Both the position numbers and the translations under genes were made by a program. The notes under the pieces were generated by a model. The model had not been told where the DNA came from. It saw only the letters and a program-made list of their open reading frames with translations, and did not search any database. Below are positions 42,765 to 64,000 of a stretch of 64,000 bases of DNA, piece by piece; position 1 is the first letter of the stretch; each line of letters opens with the position of its first letter. Origin of the DNA: the human T2T-CHM13v2.0 reference genome, Homo sapiens. The stretch is taken from assembly GCF_009914755.1 (NCBI RefSeq), contig NC_060942.1, one strand, 5' to 3'.

Positions 42765-43146
42765 TCACTCTGTCAGCCAGGCTGGAATACAGTGGCATGA
42801 TTATAGCTCATTGTAGTCTCGAACTCCTGGACACAGAGATCCTCCCACCTCAGCATCCCAAGTAGCTGGGACTACAGGCACATGCTACCATGCCCAGCTA
42901 ATTTTTATTTTTTATTTTTTGTAGAGACCGGGTCTTGCCATCTTGTCCAGGCTGTTGTTAACATATTTTGAGGGACAGTGACTTTGGTTTTGTTTTGTTG
43001 TTGTTGTTTTTGAGACAGGATCTTGTTCTGTCACCCCGAATGGAGTGCAGTGGGGCCATCATAGCCCACTGCAACCTCAAACTCCTGGGCCGCCTCATCC
43101 TCCCAAAGTGTTGTGATTACAGGCATCGGCCATCACACCCAGCCCT
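42660..43146 (-). mobile_element. Partial antisense Alu with (TA)n(CA)n tail (~42660-42960) and an internally deleted antisense Alu (~42990-43146)
   Basis: (CA)n at ~42727-42761. The second Alu is flanked by TSD GGACAGTGACTTTG (42973-42986 and 43147-43160). Confidence 0.8.
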
Positions 43147-44673
43147 GGACAGTGACTTTGAAATTTCCCAAGGCTTGAGGAGTCTCAGCGTTTTTAATTC
43201 TAGCTGTGTTCCCAAATAAAAAGGTGATGCAGAGGAAAATATATATATACATACATTTAATACATGTGTAATAAATTAATATTATATATGTATGTAATGT
43301 ATAATATATATATACATATATGTAATGTATTCCTCAAAATGGTCACCAAGTGAATATGTATCCAATGCCATTTCCTTTGGCTACATTCATATATTCCTAC
43401 ATTCAACAGAAATTTATTGGGTATCTGTTTTCCAGAGGTTGAATAGTACCAGGTATAGGTAGTCAACCAGAGGTCACCATGCCACACCTAATAGGAAAGC
43501 CTGCTGCTCAGCAAACACAAATATATGCAAAAAATGCAAACTGTGATAAGTAGGAGGAGCCCTTAGTTTGAGATATAACATTTCAAAATCACCAGAAACA
43601 TACTGATGAGAATCCAGAAATAGTTTAACTCACAAGAGAAAGTTATTTTTCACATCTTTTATTTTCTTTTTTTTTTTTTTGAGTGACTTCAGACTTAGCA
43701 AATGATTCTTTTCCAGTGAAGTAAAACTGAATGTCCTGCTTAAATATTTTCATTTTAACCACTTGTATTATTTCAAAGTAAGGAAAGAAATCAGCCAGAT
43801 GTGCCAAATGATAGCATATTTTTCTTCCCCATTTCATGATAAAAATAATTAACTGGTTTGACCCGCAGCTTTCTAGAAATGTCTGCACTTTAATCAAAAA
43901 TTTCTTTTTTTTTCACTAAGAAAATTTGGCTATGGGACTTGCAAGGTTTCAATGTTAACGTGGTAGTTGCTAAACAATTCCAGTCATTATAAACTGTATG
44001 TTCTGTTTTCACATCTGTATTGGGTCCAAAACATTTTCACGTACAATTAGCATGGTTGTAGGACCAAAACCTCCTTTAATAATAATCCCAAAATAATCTT
44101 CCTTTTGCTAGATACACAAAAAGAGAAAGCATACCAAGCTGAAACAGACCCTGAAGGTTGTCAACCTCAATGGAATATAAAGAATGGAAAAAACTTAGAG
44201 CCAGGGTAGATGCAGATTCAGATACCACGGTGGTCAGAGATAATTCTTCCAAATCCAACTCGAATGACAAGGTAGATGGAGGTGCCAGTAGTAAATGGGA
44301 ATGAGCAGATTTGGGGGAAAGGACTGAGTTCAGTCACTTTGAGGAGTTGCCAATCAGTCTTGGGCCACAGAGCGCCCAGCACCAAGGAGACAGCTGGGCA
44401 TATGGGTTTGGAGCTCAGAAGCAAATCTCTCCGTGGAAATGTGAACATGAGAGCAGTTAGCTATGGATCCTATTGAACACCGTGGAAATGGCTGGGGTGT
44501 TGATAAGAGAAAGAAGAGGGCAGGGCTGGGGAACTGTCAGGGAGAGGAGGAGAACAGCCTTCTCTTCAGAATTCTAGTCAGCCCTGGTCTCTCTGGGAAG
44601 ATGGCTTCTGGAACTCCACCTATACCTTCTCTCCAGCACAGAAAGTAGAGGTGTCATCATCCAAGGAATGTAG

Positions 44674-45802
<1,129 letters not shown>

Positions 45803-47269
45803 CTATGGAGCATGACATGGAAGCTGGATAAGAAACTTGTTTGCAAACTCCAAGAAAAACCAGGACCTAAAAGAAGGGAAGAGTGGAATGGAGGGTGAGC
45901 AGAGTAGGGGGCCTAAGCTCTCTATATCCACTTTGAACAGATTTCTTCCCCTTTTTTTTGGTTGTTTATATTCCATTTCTAGAAAAGTTTCATTTGGAAA
46001 AAGGGTTCTACTGCTTTGCGGGGCAAAAAGGAACCATAGCTAAGCTGCTAACTAGGGTAACATCCTATCCCCTCTGAAATACAATTAAATTCAGCAACGC
46101 CATCTGGATTCAGTGGCTGCTGTGTGCAGAGCGCCTGCTGGGCTCCATGGAGAGGGGAAGGAATCAGTGTCTGCATCCAAGTAGTTCACACTGTAACAGG
46201 TGACCTATACACACAGACCCCTTGCCAGGCAATGTGCCCTGTAGTATGGCCACACAGAGGAGGAGTCCTGGGGAGGCTCCATGGTGAAGGTGGCTTTTGA
46301 AGGACTGGCAGGGTGTCAATAGGCAGAGATGCATGGACACTAAAATCCAGGCAACAGGAACAGCATAGCCACAGGACCGGGCGTCAGTCACATTCTCCCC
46401 GCTGGCCGAATGACGCAAATAATGCTCAAATTCCATGCTGCGGTTTGCTTTGACTGGCGGAGGTGGAGGGGCGCGAAAGACGAGCCAGCATGCTGCACAG
46501 CAGGTTTAGCCTCCATGCCCGGGGTTTGGAGCAAGAGAGTGAAAACATCAGAGCTATGTCTTCAGAAGGTCTTGTGTTGTGAAACTGACTGGCAAGCTAT
46601 CACAGGAAGCTAAGCGAGGTGGCAGGCTGCTAGATTAAAATGATCTCTAAACAGAATTCGCTCTCAGAGTTCATTTTCAGCCTACCTCATTAGGGCAGAT
46701 TTGGTCTTCTCACATTGTTATTGCTGTATCGGAGGAATCTTTCTAAAGAGAAAAGTGACAGCACACATTGCTGCCATTTGAAAGCCAGCATTTTTAAAGG
46801 GCGTAATACATAGTGACAGTTTTGATGTATGCCCGTGGGTGTGGGTCCTGATATCTCAACATACTCTGCCTGCATAATTTAAAATGACAGTTTAGCCTGT
46901 CAAACTTAAATGTGAGTGAAGTTTCTTGGATATTTATAAAACATCAAAAAGATAGAATGGTGTCAGCAAAAGATGGGTCTTTTTATTACTAAACCACGGG
47001 ACGATTTTTGGATAATTGCTGGCAACTCACCTAGAAGCTGAACTTCCAGACAAAGTATAAATTTGGTGGTGCCACAGTTTTGAAGATTATTTTCACTCAA
47101 TGCAATAAAAGGATATTACAGAACTCTAGCACAAATTGTAGTCAAAGATGGAGACGCGTCAATGACCCGTTTGTTTTTAATGTGTTTTAATGTTTTTGTT
47201 TTTAATGTATCCATGGTTTCCAGTTCCCCTGAGAAAGTGGAAATTACCCATGCTAATAAAGCAAGCGTT

Positions 47270-48371
47270 AGTGCGAAGACCTAGCTGATGTTTGGCTGGT
47301 TTTTAGCCCGCTAGCCAGTCACCCTTTATAAAGCCTGCCAAGTTTGGAGCGTGGGTAATTTTACACGCGGGTCTCCACAGATCCTGTCTACTTCGGTAGA
47401 TTTATTACTAGGAAAGTGCGTGGGGGCACTAATTTTTGTGAATTGACTAATGCGTTAGAATTTTAAAAACCGGGTAGAACGCAGCGCAGGAAGCGAGCGT
47501 TCCCCGCCGCAGCGCCGGAGCGTCCAGCCAGAATCCCGCTGCATGCGCAGCCCCTGGCGTCTTACGTCCCACAGGCCCCACCCCGGCGCCTTCCGTCCCG
47601 CAGGCTCCGCCTTTGGCGCTGGGCTCTGACGTCACCACCTGCGCCGCTCACAGTAGAAACAGGAAGTGGGACCAAAACAAAGGAGCGGCGGCCGGGAGCG
47701 GACTTACCTTACCTTCTCTGCCTTCGGCGCGCTTCTCAGCCGGGCCGCCGACCCAAAGGAGCCGTCCGACTATGTCTAACATGGAGAAACACCTGTTCAA
47801 CCTGAAGTTCGCGGCCAAAGAACTGAGTAGGAGTGCCAAAAAATGCGATAAGGAGGAAAAGGCCGAAAAGGCCAAAATTAAAAAGGCCATTCAGAAGGGC
47901 AACATGGAAGTTGCGAGGATACACGCCGAAAATGCCATCCGCCAGAAGAACCAGGCGGTGAATTTCTTGAGAATGAGTGCGCGAGTCGATGCAGTGGCTG
48001 CCAGGGTCCAGACGGCGGTGACGATGGGCAAGGTGACCAAGTCGATGGCTGGTGTGGTTAAGTCGATGGATGCGACATTGAAGACCATGAATCTGGAGAA
48101 GATTTCTGCTTTGATGGACAAATTCGAGCACCAGTTTGAGACTCTGGACGTCCAGACGCAGCAAATGGAAGACACGATGAGCAGCACGACGACGCTCACC
48201 ACTCCCCAGAACCAAGTGGATATGCTGCTCCAGGAAATGGCAGATGAGGCGGGCCTCGACCTCAACATGGAGCTGCCGCAGGGCCAGACCGGCTCCGTGG
48301 GCACGAGCGTGGCTTCGGCGGAGCAGGATGAACTGTCTCAGAGACTGGCCCGCCTTCGGGATCAAGTGTGA

Positions 48372-48390
<19 letters not shown>
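47270..48390 (+). promoter_or_regulatory. CHMP1B: CpG island and promoter of CHMP1B
   Basis: Dense CpG. NRF1-like TGCATGCGCA 47540-47549, full CRE TGACGTCA 47627-47634, ETS ACAGGAAGTG 47659-47668. No TATA box seen. Confidence 0.85.
47772..48371 (+). CDS. CHMP1B: Charged multivesicular body protein 1B (ESCRT-III, Did2/Vps46 family), intronless, 199 aa
   Basis: ATG at 47772 gives MSNMEKHLFNLKFAAKEL...DELSQRLARLRDQV-stop. Snf7 domain with a C-terminal MIM1 helix; uninterrupted ORF. Confidence 0.98.
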   Translation: MSNMEKHLFNLKFAAKELSRSAKKCDKEEKAEKAKIKKAIQKGNMEVARIHAENAIRQKNQAVNFLRMSARVDAVAARVQTAVTMGKVTKSMAGVVKSMDATLKTMNLEKISALMDKFEHQFETLDVQTQQMEDTMSSTTTLTTPQNQVDMLLQEMADEAGLDLNMELPQGQTGSVGTSVASAEQDELSQRLARLRDQV

Positions 48391-50710
<2,320 letters not shown>

Positions 50711-50757
50711 GATGTGAGTGTGCATCCTGTTTTAAAAAACACTTAAGAAAAAAGAAT

Positions 50758-53205
<2,448 letters not shown>

Positions 53206-53759
53206 AGTTTTTTAAATTTAAAAACGTTTTAAATGACAATCCAGGGAAAGATTTAGTCCAAAACATGCATGCCATGTGGGGCTTCTTTCTAGAGATGAGA
53301 ACATGCTTCTGCCCTTAAATGATATTCAGTACAGATAGGTAGATAAAACATACAAAGAAAAAGAAAAATGGACAAGGCGTACCCAGATGTTAAAAAAAAA
53401 AATCAAGAACACTTAAGATCAGGACTGTTTACACAGTTTATGTTATTTTATACCTCAACCTTTAAAAAGGATTAAATCACAGTATAAGGCAGCATGCCAT
53501 GCTCACCAAATTGTGAAACAGTAAGTGCCGGAGGAAAGGGATATTGTGCTGTGTCATGGCAGTTAGAAGTGGCTTCCCAGAGCCAGCAGGGTTTAATCTC
53601 AGGTTTCAAAGGGGGAAAAAAAGCAGGAATGACACAGGATCTGAGAGGCCAAAAACTACAGGGAGTTTTGACTGGAGTGGAGGGTTCACGTGATGTTAAA
53701 AGAGACTGAAGGGGAGACTGGACAGACTGCAAAGGGCTGGAGGCCACATTAAAAGTGTG

Positions 53760-54043
53760 GACTTTACCCCATGGGAAGGAGGAAGCGCAGGAGTCATGAG
53801 AAATGATGGTTCAGGCAGAGATTAGAGCATAAAGCAGGGAGGTGGGGAAAGCCAAGAGGAACACGCTCTTGGATGACGAGTCACCATGAATCACTGATCA
53901 CCTGGGACATGGTTCAGCTGCACATGCTGACGCAGTGGGTCTGCCAGTGACGCCGATATGCTGCGAGTCTGGGAACCCCTTTTAAGGAGCAGGGAATCTT
54001 AACTCTGGCTGTGCATTACAACTGCCTGGTACTTTGTCACCAC
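53760..54043 (+). promoter_or_regulatory. Candidate internal GNAL promoter and non-coding first exon
   Basis: Three TGACG half-CREs (53874, 53928, 53948) followed by donor CAC|GTGAGT at 54043/54044. The start coordinate is uncertain. Confidence 0.4.
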
Positions 54044-55199
54044 GTGAGTAATGTTTTTCTCCACCAGTACGAACTCCTGGGCTCCAGTGATCCTGCTGCC
54101 TCAGCCTCCTGAGTATCTGGGATCCATCTATATTTTTATGTCTTGTAGATAAATATCATGAGTCAAATTTCATTAACATTGGGAAAAGTTTTTTACTTGC
54201 CTTGACAGATTTCCAATTGCTATATGTTTTCACACACAAAAAATTTTAAATACATGGAAATTCAGTTGGTACTTTTTTTCTCAGATCCAGTAGTTTGATT
54301 ACAAAGGCATTTAACAGAATAGTTTTCATCTTTTCATGACTCTCCTTGTTCCTCTTCATGATCAATTCCATGGCCATAAGAATTCTTTGACGCCAACAAC
54401 AGATGGGATATAAACAGTGCATTGTTACTTTTGCTAATATCAAACAGAAGGGGGATCTAAATGAAAATGAAAACATTTCTGCAAACATGAGTGTCCTCAG
54501 CTGTCACAGGAAATAATGAAAAAAAAATCAGAGTAAATTTCTTTTTAACTACTTCCTTATAGTGTCTACAATGCAAGTGATTTTTTACAATGCTAATTTG
54601 GTATAGTTTTGCACCTCTGCATCTAATAGTTGGAGTGAATAGTCTGCGAGGGATTTTTAGATCTGCTTAATTCTTCTGGTCAGCATGCAGTGGCATATTT
54701 AAGGAGGCAATGTTATAACCCTTTAAAATGTAATCATATGCAAAATTCTATGTATGATTTGGGAGACCCCTTTAAAATTCTCTCTATGTATGTAATCACA
54801 GAAGCCCCAATTTGAAAAAGTACTCCTGCAACATGCTTGGAAATATGCCAGTTGAAACAAGGATCAAGGCAGAAGGCTGGCAGAAATCTACCACTCTATT
54901 ATTTATTCCTTAGAAAGTCTTTCAAAGAATTGGGGGCATATTCACATTTTGGGGTGAATATTCACATTTTATTTTCATTGCACAAACTTGAAATGCATGA
55001 ACTCGGTACCATTCAGCATCAGCAACAAATCAGAAGCAGCTCTTGGAAATGTTCAATGAGACCTCCCACGTCTCACTTAGATCTCTGAGAATCAGAGCTG
55101 GAAGGACTCTGAATATCCATTTTGGAGGTTGGCGACAGGAGAAGACCCACCAGCCTCATCACTGTCAGCATCTCAAAGTCACTGGTCTTTCATAGTGCA

Positions 55200-56305
<1,106 letters not shown>

Positions 56306-56699
56306 AACATTCTTTAATGACTGCACACCAGACAATGCAGTCACAGACACCACTCCCATAGCCTGTTTCCCTTGGCTTCCAGGGAAATGACTCATTCATG
56401 ACAGTTGAGGTCACAGTTGCCCCCACTGTTTCCTATCGCTATGAAAGGCCATCCCAAACACCAGCAGATCCACTCCTGCCCCTTTGTGTATTCTGCTTCT
56501 GGGTTACTTGCCCTGGGGGTGCCAAACCCAAGTTCATGGGTGAAGGCTGCCAAAATGTCATCCCATGGCCATGCCTCAGTTTTGGCCACTAGGGACTGTC
56601 TCTAGCTTTCCAAAAGGAAGGAGTTAAGATGTCCAAGGAAATTATGTAGTCTTACTGTCTTTGGCCAAGTGGTTCCTAAAATGGACCCCTTTTGACCTC

Positions 56700-57240
56700 T
56701 GTAGGGAAGGAAAAAGAACTTCCCTCTTTCCCATTAGGTTCTGTAGCTGAGTGAACTAACAAAGACGGATTAACAGGAGGAAAGCATACACATTTTATTT
56801 AATATTTTTACATGCACACGGGAACTTTCATAAGAAAAATGAAGACCCAAAGAAGCTGTTAGGACCGAGAGCTAATATACCCTTTTAACAAAAGATGATA
56901 AATTTATGGAGAAGTGACACAGGAGAAAGGTTCAAGTTTCTAGGGGCAGTCATTGTGGGGCAGTGACTAATGAAAGACAAGGGTTATTTTGGTGGGTTTG
57001 TACAGATCAGTTTCAGGGTGGACTCCGAACCCCTGGTGATAAGAACATTCTCCTCTTCCTGGTACAGGGCAGGCACGTTTCTTAGGGAAGATTTCATGAC
57101 CTGCTTTTTGGGACAGAGCGGGAGGTCAGCCAGCCAGCCAGCCTTGCAGCTGAGGCTTCTCAAGTGCCTTCAGCTACAATTAGTCAACATGCTGAAGGGC
57201 TCATTGTGGGGTGGCGTTTTGTGTTCTGAACCGTTTCGTC
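56700..57240. mobile_element. ERV1 (MER4-group, MER31/MER67-like) solo LTR
   Basis: TGTAGGGAAGGAAAAAG start; GATTAACAGGAGGAAAGCATACA; GCCTTCAGCTACAAT...GGGGTGGC end. Confidence 0.6.
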
Positions 57241-58067
57241 TCCCTCTTGCCCACACTGAGGTTCACAGGCGCCTGCAGAGGAGCTGGTGTGGGACGATGG
57301 GGAGATTGGGAGGCAACATCGCCTCCTCTGCATGAAATGCTCATGGGCACATGTCTGCTGCCTCTACCTACCAAAGGACAGAACCAGCCAACTGGCATGG
57401 CAGGCAGGGAGCCAGCTCAGCCTCCAGGCCGTCCATCCTCTCTCCTCAGTACCAGGGCCTCCCGTCAACGCCAGCGCCAACAGAGAGCCTGGGCCCCCCC
57501 GACCCCTCCCTCCTGCTGGCTCTCCTTCTTCCTTCTAGGGCCCCTGCTGCCCCTCTGTCTCCAGAATTGTCCCCTGCTTGCCATTTAACCCATTCCCAGT
57601 GCTTGTTGGTCCCCGAGGGACCCAGCCTCTCAGCCCTCAATGGTCACCTGTCCCAGCCGCGGAAGGAGAAGGGGACAGAGAACACTGGTTCATTCCACCA
57701 TATTTACTGGGGCCAGGCCTGCACTAGGTGCTGGGGACTCCCAGGTGGACAAGACAGAGACCTGCCCTGAGGGCCTAACATGTTAGTGGAGAAGATAAAT
57801 AACAACAGATCAACCAAGAGTCAGTGGGAAACGTGCAGCCTGGATAGATGCCTTGGTAAAGCCAGGCTGGCACAGAGAGGGCGGTGGAGGCCTGTGCAGG
57901 GGCCGTGGTCACTCAGGAGAGGGAGCTCGGCGGCCTCCCAGCTCCCTCTCGGAAGGGTCATCACCCAAGAGCGGCGCACAGCCTTCCTTGGCTCCCATCC
58001 TGCCTTGTGTGGGACACAGTGGGCGCCAGGCAGATCTGACACCAACAGGCGTCGCCAGGTTTGCCAG

Positions 58068-58218
58068 CACACACACTCAAATATGCACACTCACGTTCTC
58101 GCTCTCGCACACTTTCCGCACATACTCTCACACTCACCCTTACACTTTTACACATTTACTCTTGCACACCACATACTCGCTCTCCACACTCAGTCGCTCT
58201 TACACATATTCACGCAGT

Positions 58219-58254
<36 letters not shown>
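58068..58254 (+). repeat. CA-rich low-complexity tract ending in (AC)~16 (58222-58254)
   Basis: Seen directly. Confidence 0.92.
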
Positions 58255-58255
<1 letters not shown>

Positions 58256-58658
58256 CATCTGGATTTGATTAGGAAACTAAAGGGACATCTGTCACCTTCC
58301 ATGTTTTGTTTACATTGCAACACATTCTTGTACTCGCTTAGCCTTGGACGGGAGGCTCCATGCTCTCTCCCAGTTTCTGAGTAGCTCCCACCCCCAGCGC
58401 TGTGGCAGTGGAGAAGAGAGGGGAGAGAAGGCAACATTAAAAAAAAGAAAAAAAAAGAATGCAGTTCTCCCTCCCTGGGTCAAGAATGTTGCATTATCTA
58501 GACAGATACAAATTCAGGAAACAAAGTAAGAACTCACTTCAGCTTCTTGGCCTGCCCCCATCCTTGCTGTACTTGGGTGATGTCCCATTAATTTCTCCCC
58601 AACCCCAGGGGAAAGTGGGCAGAGAACAGGCCTCAACCCTTGCTGGCTTTCTTTGCAG

Positions 58659-58713
58659 CTTCCTGGAAAGAATCGACAGCGTCAGCTTGGTTGACTACAC
58701 ACCCACAGACCAG
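58659..58713 (+). CDS. GNAL: G-alpha-olf coding exon (55 nt): (Y)FLERIDSVSLVDYTPTDQ
   Basis: TTTGCAG acceptor and CAG|GTATGT donor; G-alpha DYxPxxQ motif. Confidence 0.96.
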
Positions 58714-59121
58714 GTATGTGGAATTAGGGTCCCCCACCACACACCAGAAACTTTGAGATTCATTTCCAATATGATTTAATGATTATTTCAGAATGAATTA
58801 AGGAAAAATCCTTAAGATACCTACTTTTTGCAAATTGTTTGTACTGCCCTGTGTGTGTGCGTGGATTGGTCATCAAACCTTGTGCCTTGCTCCCCTGACT
58901 CTAGCACTTAGTGATTATCAAAATTGCCAGCATGCAAATGAGTTTATCTGCAGATAAGGAACATGCCGTTCCTTTTCCTCCTGGAGCTGTCCTCAGGAAA
59001 GCGAAGTCTTTACTTCCTGGCTTCATAAACTATGCCCATTCTGTTTGTGGCCCTGGGCCTGGGGGGTCCCATATCACAGTGAACTTTCCAGGTGTGACCC
59101 AGAGCATCCCCTTTGGGTTGA

Positions 59122-60722
<1,601 letters not shown>

Positions 60723-60765
60723 TAGTTATACCCGGGCTTTACCTTGAAGAAGAACAGTAATGTAA

Positions 60766-60870
<105 letters not shown>

Positions 60871-61729
60871 TGAGTATGTTGTTAAGAGCTGCATGGCCCA
60901 GGGCCACATGATGTCCCAGAGCCGAAGGGCTGTGAGGTTTAAGGGGGCTTCATTCCTGAATGTGCATGGCGGCCCTTTCAGGTAAGAGCAGCTGGGGTGA
61001 AATTTGAACTCTAGCAAGAGTTGAAGTGTTGATTTTACTGCCTACTTTAAAGTAGAAATGAGGACACCTGAAAGGAAGGCAGTGTTTGCATCTGAGTTGT
61101 TGATTTGATTGGCCCTTTTTTTTAGATCAGGAGACTCATGAAATTTTGATCTTTCAGATGCACAGTCACAGGTTGAGAACTGAAATGAGCAGTTTATGTG
61201 TGTCTCCAGCCCATCTCTTGGGTTGCCCAACTGCAAACTCGGCCAAATGAGCTTACTTTCTTCATTTTTCTCCCTCATGATAAGACATTAATTCTCCCTC
61301 CACAAAGCTCTTTTCCATCCTCATAGCTATCACCCTAGTCCTGCTCCATCACTTCCCCCGCCCCTAGACTCTCTCGGCACAGCCCTGGCTTGTCTCCTGT
61401 CCCCTGGCTTACCCATTTCAGTCGCCCTTCTCAGTGCCACGAAATGAATCTTCCTACGGCACGGCCTGGATCGTGCTGTTCCTCTGCTGAAGAAGGTTCG
61501 GGCTCACTACTGCTTGTGCACCGTATGACCCAAGCCCTCTGCCTATGACCAGCCCCGTCCCCAGGACTGCTTTGTCCCCTGCCACCTGCCTCACCAGGCT
61601 GGGCTGTTGTCAGGACCCTTCCAGTTCTCCCAGCTTTTCCTGCCGTAGCGCTTCTGTTCATCTTGTCCTCTGAGCCTCAGATGCCACCTGTGCTAAGCAA
61701 ACCCCACAAATCTATCAAAGCTTCCTTCA

Positions 61730-62037
61730 GGCCAGGCATAGTGATTCACGCCTGTAATCTCAGCACTTTGGGAGGCAAAGGCAGTAGGATTGCTTGAGAC
61801 CGGGTGTTCAAGACCAGCCTGGGCAACATAGCAAGACCCTGTCTCTACCAAAAAAAAAAAAAAAAATTAGCCAAGCTTGATGGCATACACCTGTGGTCCT
61901 AGCTACTCAGGAGGCTGAGGTGGGAGGATCTCTTAAGCCCAGGAATTCAAGGCTGCAGTGGGCCATGATTAGGCCATTTCACTCCAGCCTGGGTGACAGA
62001 GTAAGACCCTGTCTCTAAAAAAAAAAAAAAAAAAAAA
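61730..62037 (+). mobile_element. AluJ-like
   Basis: Alu consensus with A-tail. Confidence 0.88.
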
Positions 62038-63351
62038 GCATCCAAGCATCCCTCAAATCTCAGCCCATGGTGACCCCTTAGAATTCCCATTGCATATCTA
62101 CTATGCAGCCATTGATGGTATACTGCCCTTTACCTTGCCTAGTCACCCTCAGCATGTCTGACTCGACTCTAAGGGACCTCAAGGGTGAGGTCCCTTAAAG
62201 CAAGAGTTTCATGATCTCCAGTGTGTTCTGAGACTCCTGCAGTGCCCAGCGCCCTCCTCAGTGCACAGGTGACAGACCCCTACTTCCAGATTTCCCAAGA
62301 ACCCTTCACATGGCCACTGTCAGGCTGGATAAAAGCCAGCTACATCTCTCTGCTGGGAGGCGCACAGTGCAGTATGGAGTTGGCGTGACTTGTGGTTTTG
62401 CCCACATCATAACCAAGTCCCTGGCATAGTGGAATTACTAACAATGAAGCTGTATCTCACATTTGTGATTTTGTTTGAAAGGATTCTGCTCATCAGCTCA
62501 TCCATTTTCATCAAGTATCTCAGCGTGCCCCACGTGTGCTAATGTAAAGCGTACGGATTAAATTCTAATAGGATCAGCAACATACCCGCCCAGGACAAAA
62601 AAATCTAGCCCGTGTGGTCCTAAGGCACATGCATTATGTTTAGGGAGGGGAGAAATCTCAGAGGCAGGGAAGCCTGCGAAGGTTGGAAACATCCAGCAGA
62701 ATCTGGGTAGGTAGAAACTCTCCCAGGGAGAAACGCCTTATGCGCTGAGCAGGGGCTGTGAGAAGAGGGGCCTGGGCCGGCCTGATGAAGTGCAGGGTGC
62801 AGCTGAGAAACTCTGAGAGAACTGGCTGAGGTCGCCTTGGCTGAGCGAGACCGGGAAGCAGCTCGGGCTGGGCAGAGCAGCCTGCACTGAATCCAGGCGT
62901 GATCAAGACCCAGTGCAGGTCACCAGGCAGAGGTGGCTAGAGATAAGATGCATGTAGTGTAGACAGATCAGCAAGGAGCCTTTCTCAATTCTCCATGGGA
63001 GGGAAGACACAGTGTCCTGAGAGCTGGAACAAATCACAGGAAGGATCTGCCCTGGGCAGTGACTTAGCCTGTACTCAGAGAGGCCTGAGTGTCTGAGCAG
63101 GTAACCTCTAGCATTACTGAGCTAGTAACCACTGGATTTATTAAGGACCTACTGTGGGACCTCAGACACTGCCGGCTGCTGTCTGCTTGATCTGTCACCC
63201 CTGTAGCCCCACTGTGGGGTGACTGAGGAGGGACTGCGGCTGAGAGAGGTGGAGCCACTTGCAGTCCAGGATCACACAGGGAGTGATGGTGCAGGCCAGT
63301 GACCCGAGCTTGACTCAAGACCCATGTGTGAACGCTGGAACCTGCTGATAG

Positions 63352-63528
<177 letters not shown>

Positions 63529-63626
63529 TAACACTCAGCACTGCTGTGCTTAACTATTCTTGAATTAGATAATCTCTAACTAATATGTAAAGTATAGCAT
63601 TTATAGATTATGATGCTCCTTCCTTA

Positions 63627-64000
<374 letters not shown>

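Noticed and set aside
47736-48365. 209-aa antisense ORF over CHMP1B
   Set aside because: It shares codon register with the CHMP1B frame, as expected for a shadow ORF of a GC-rich CDS.
58459-58779. 106-aa ORF
   Set aside because: Only 58659-58713 is coding (GNAL exon); the flanks are intron.

Overview
Primate (very likely human) genomic DNA from the middle of GNAL (G-alpha-olf), on the + strand. Four coding exons are present (98, 55, 74 and 59 nt, covering the helical domain, switch I and DVGGQ/switch II), all with AG/GT boundaries and phases that join in frame. The intronless ESCRT-III retrogene CHMP1B (199 aa) lies on the same strand in the ~37-kb intron and has its own CpG-island promoter with a perfect CRE. 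The rest is intron: a 48-bp VNTR running off the left edge, roughly 50 Alu copies or fragments, old L1/L2/MIR pieces, an MST LTR, two ERV1-type solo LTRs, a MER1A transposon and microsatellites. Apart from CHMP1B and one ORF that overlaps the 55-nt GNAL exon, the ORF-track entries look like Alu, L1, VNTR or chance artefacts. I found no new protein-coding system. The most unusual things seen directly are a VNTR grown from an L1 3'UTR, a 5'-inverted Alu with target-site duplication, and an 85-bp templated insertion copied from 1.6 kb away. More speculative are a cAMP-linked host/nested-gene arrangement and a candidate internal GNAL first exon. Gene names and repeat subfamilies come from recognition rather than database searches, and repeat boundaries are approximate.
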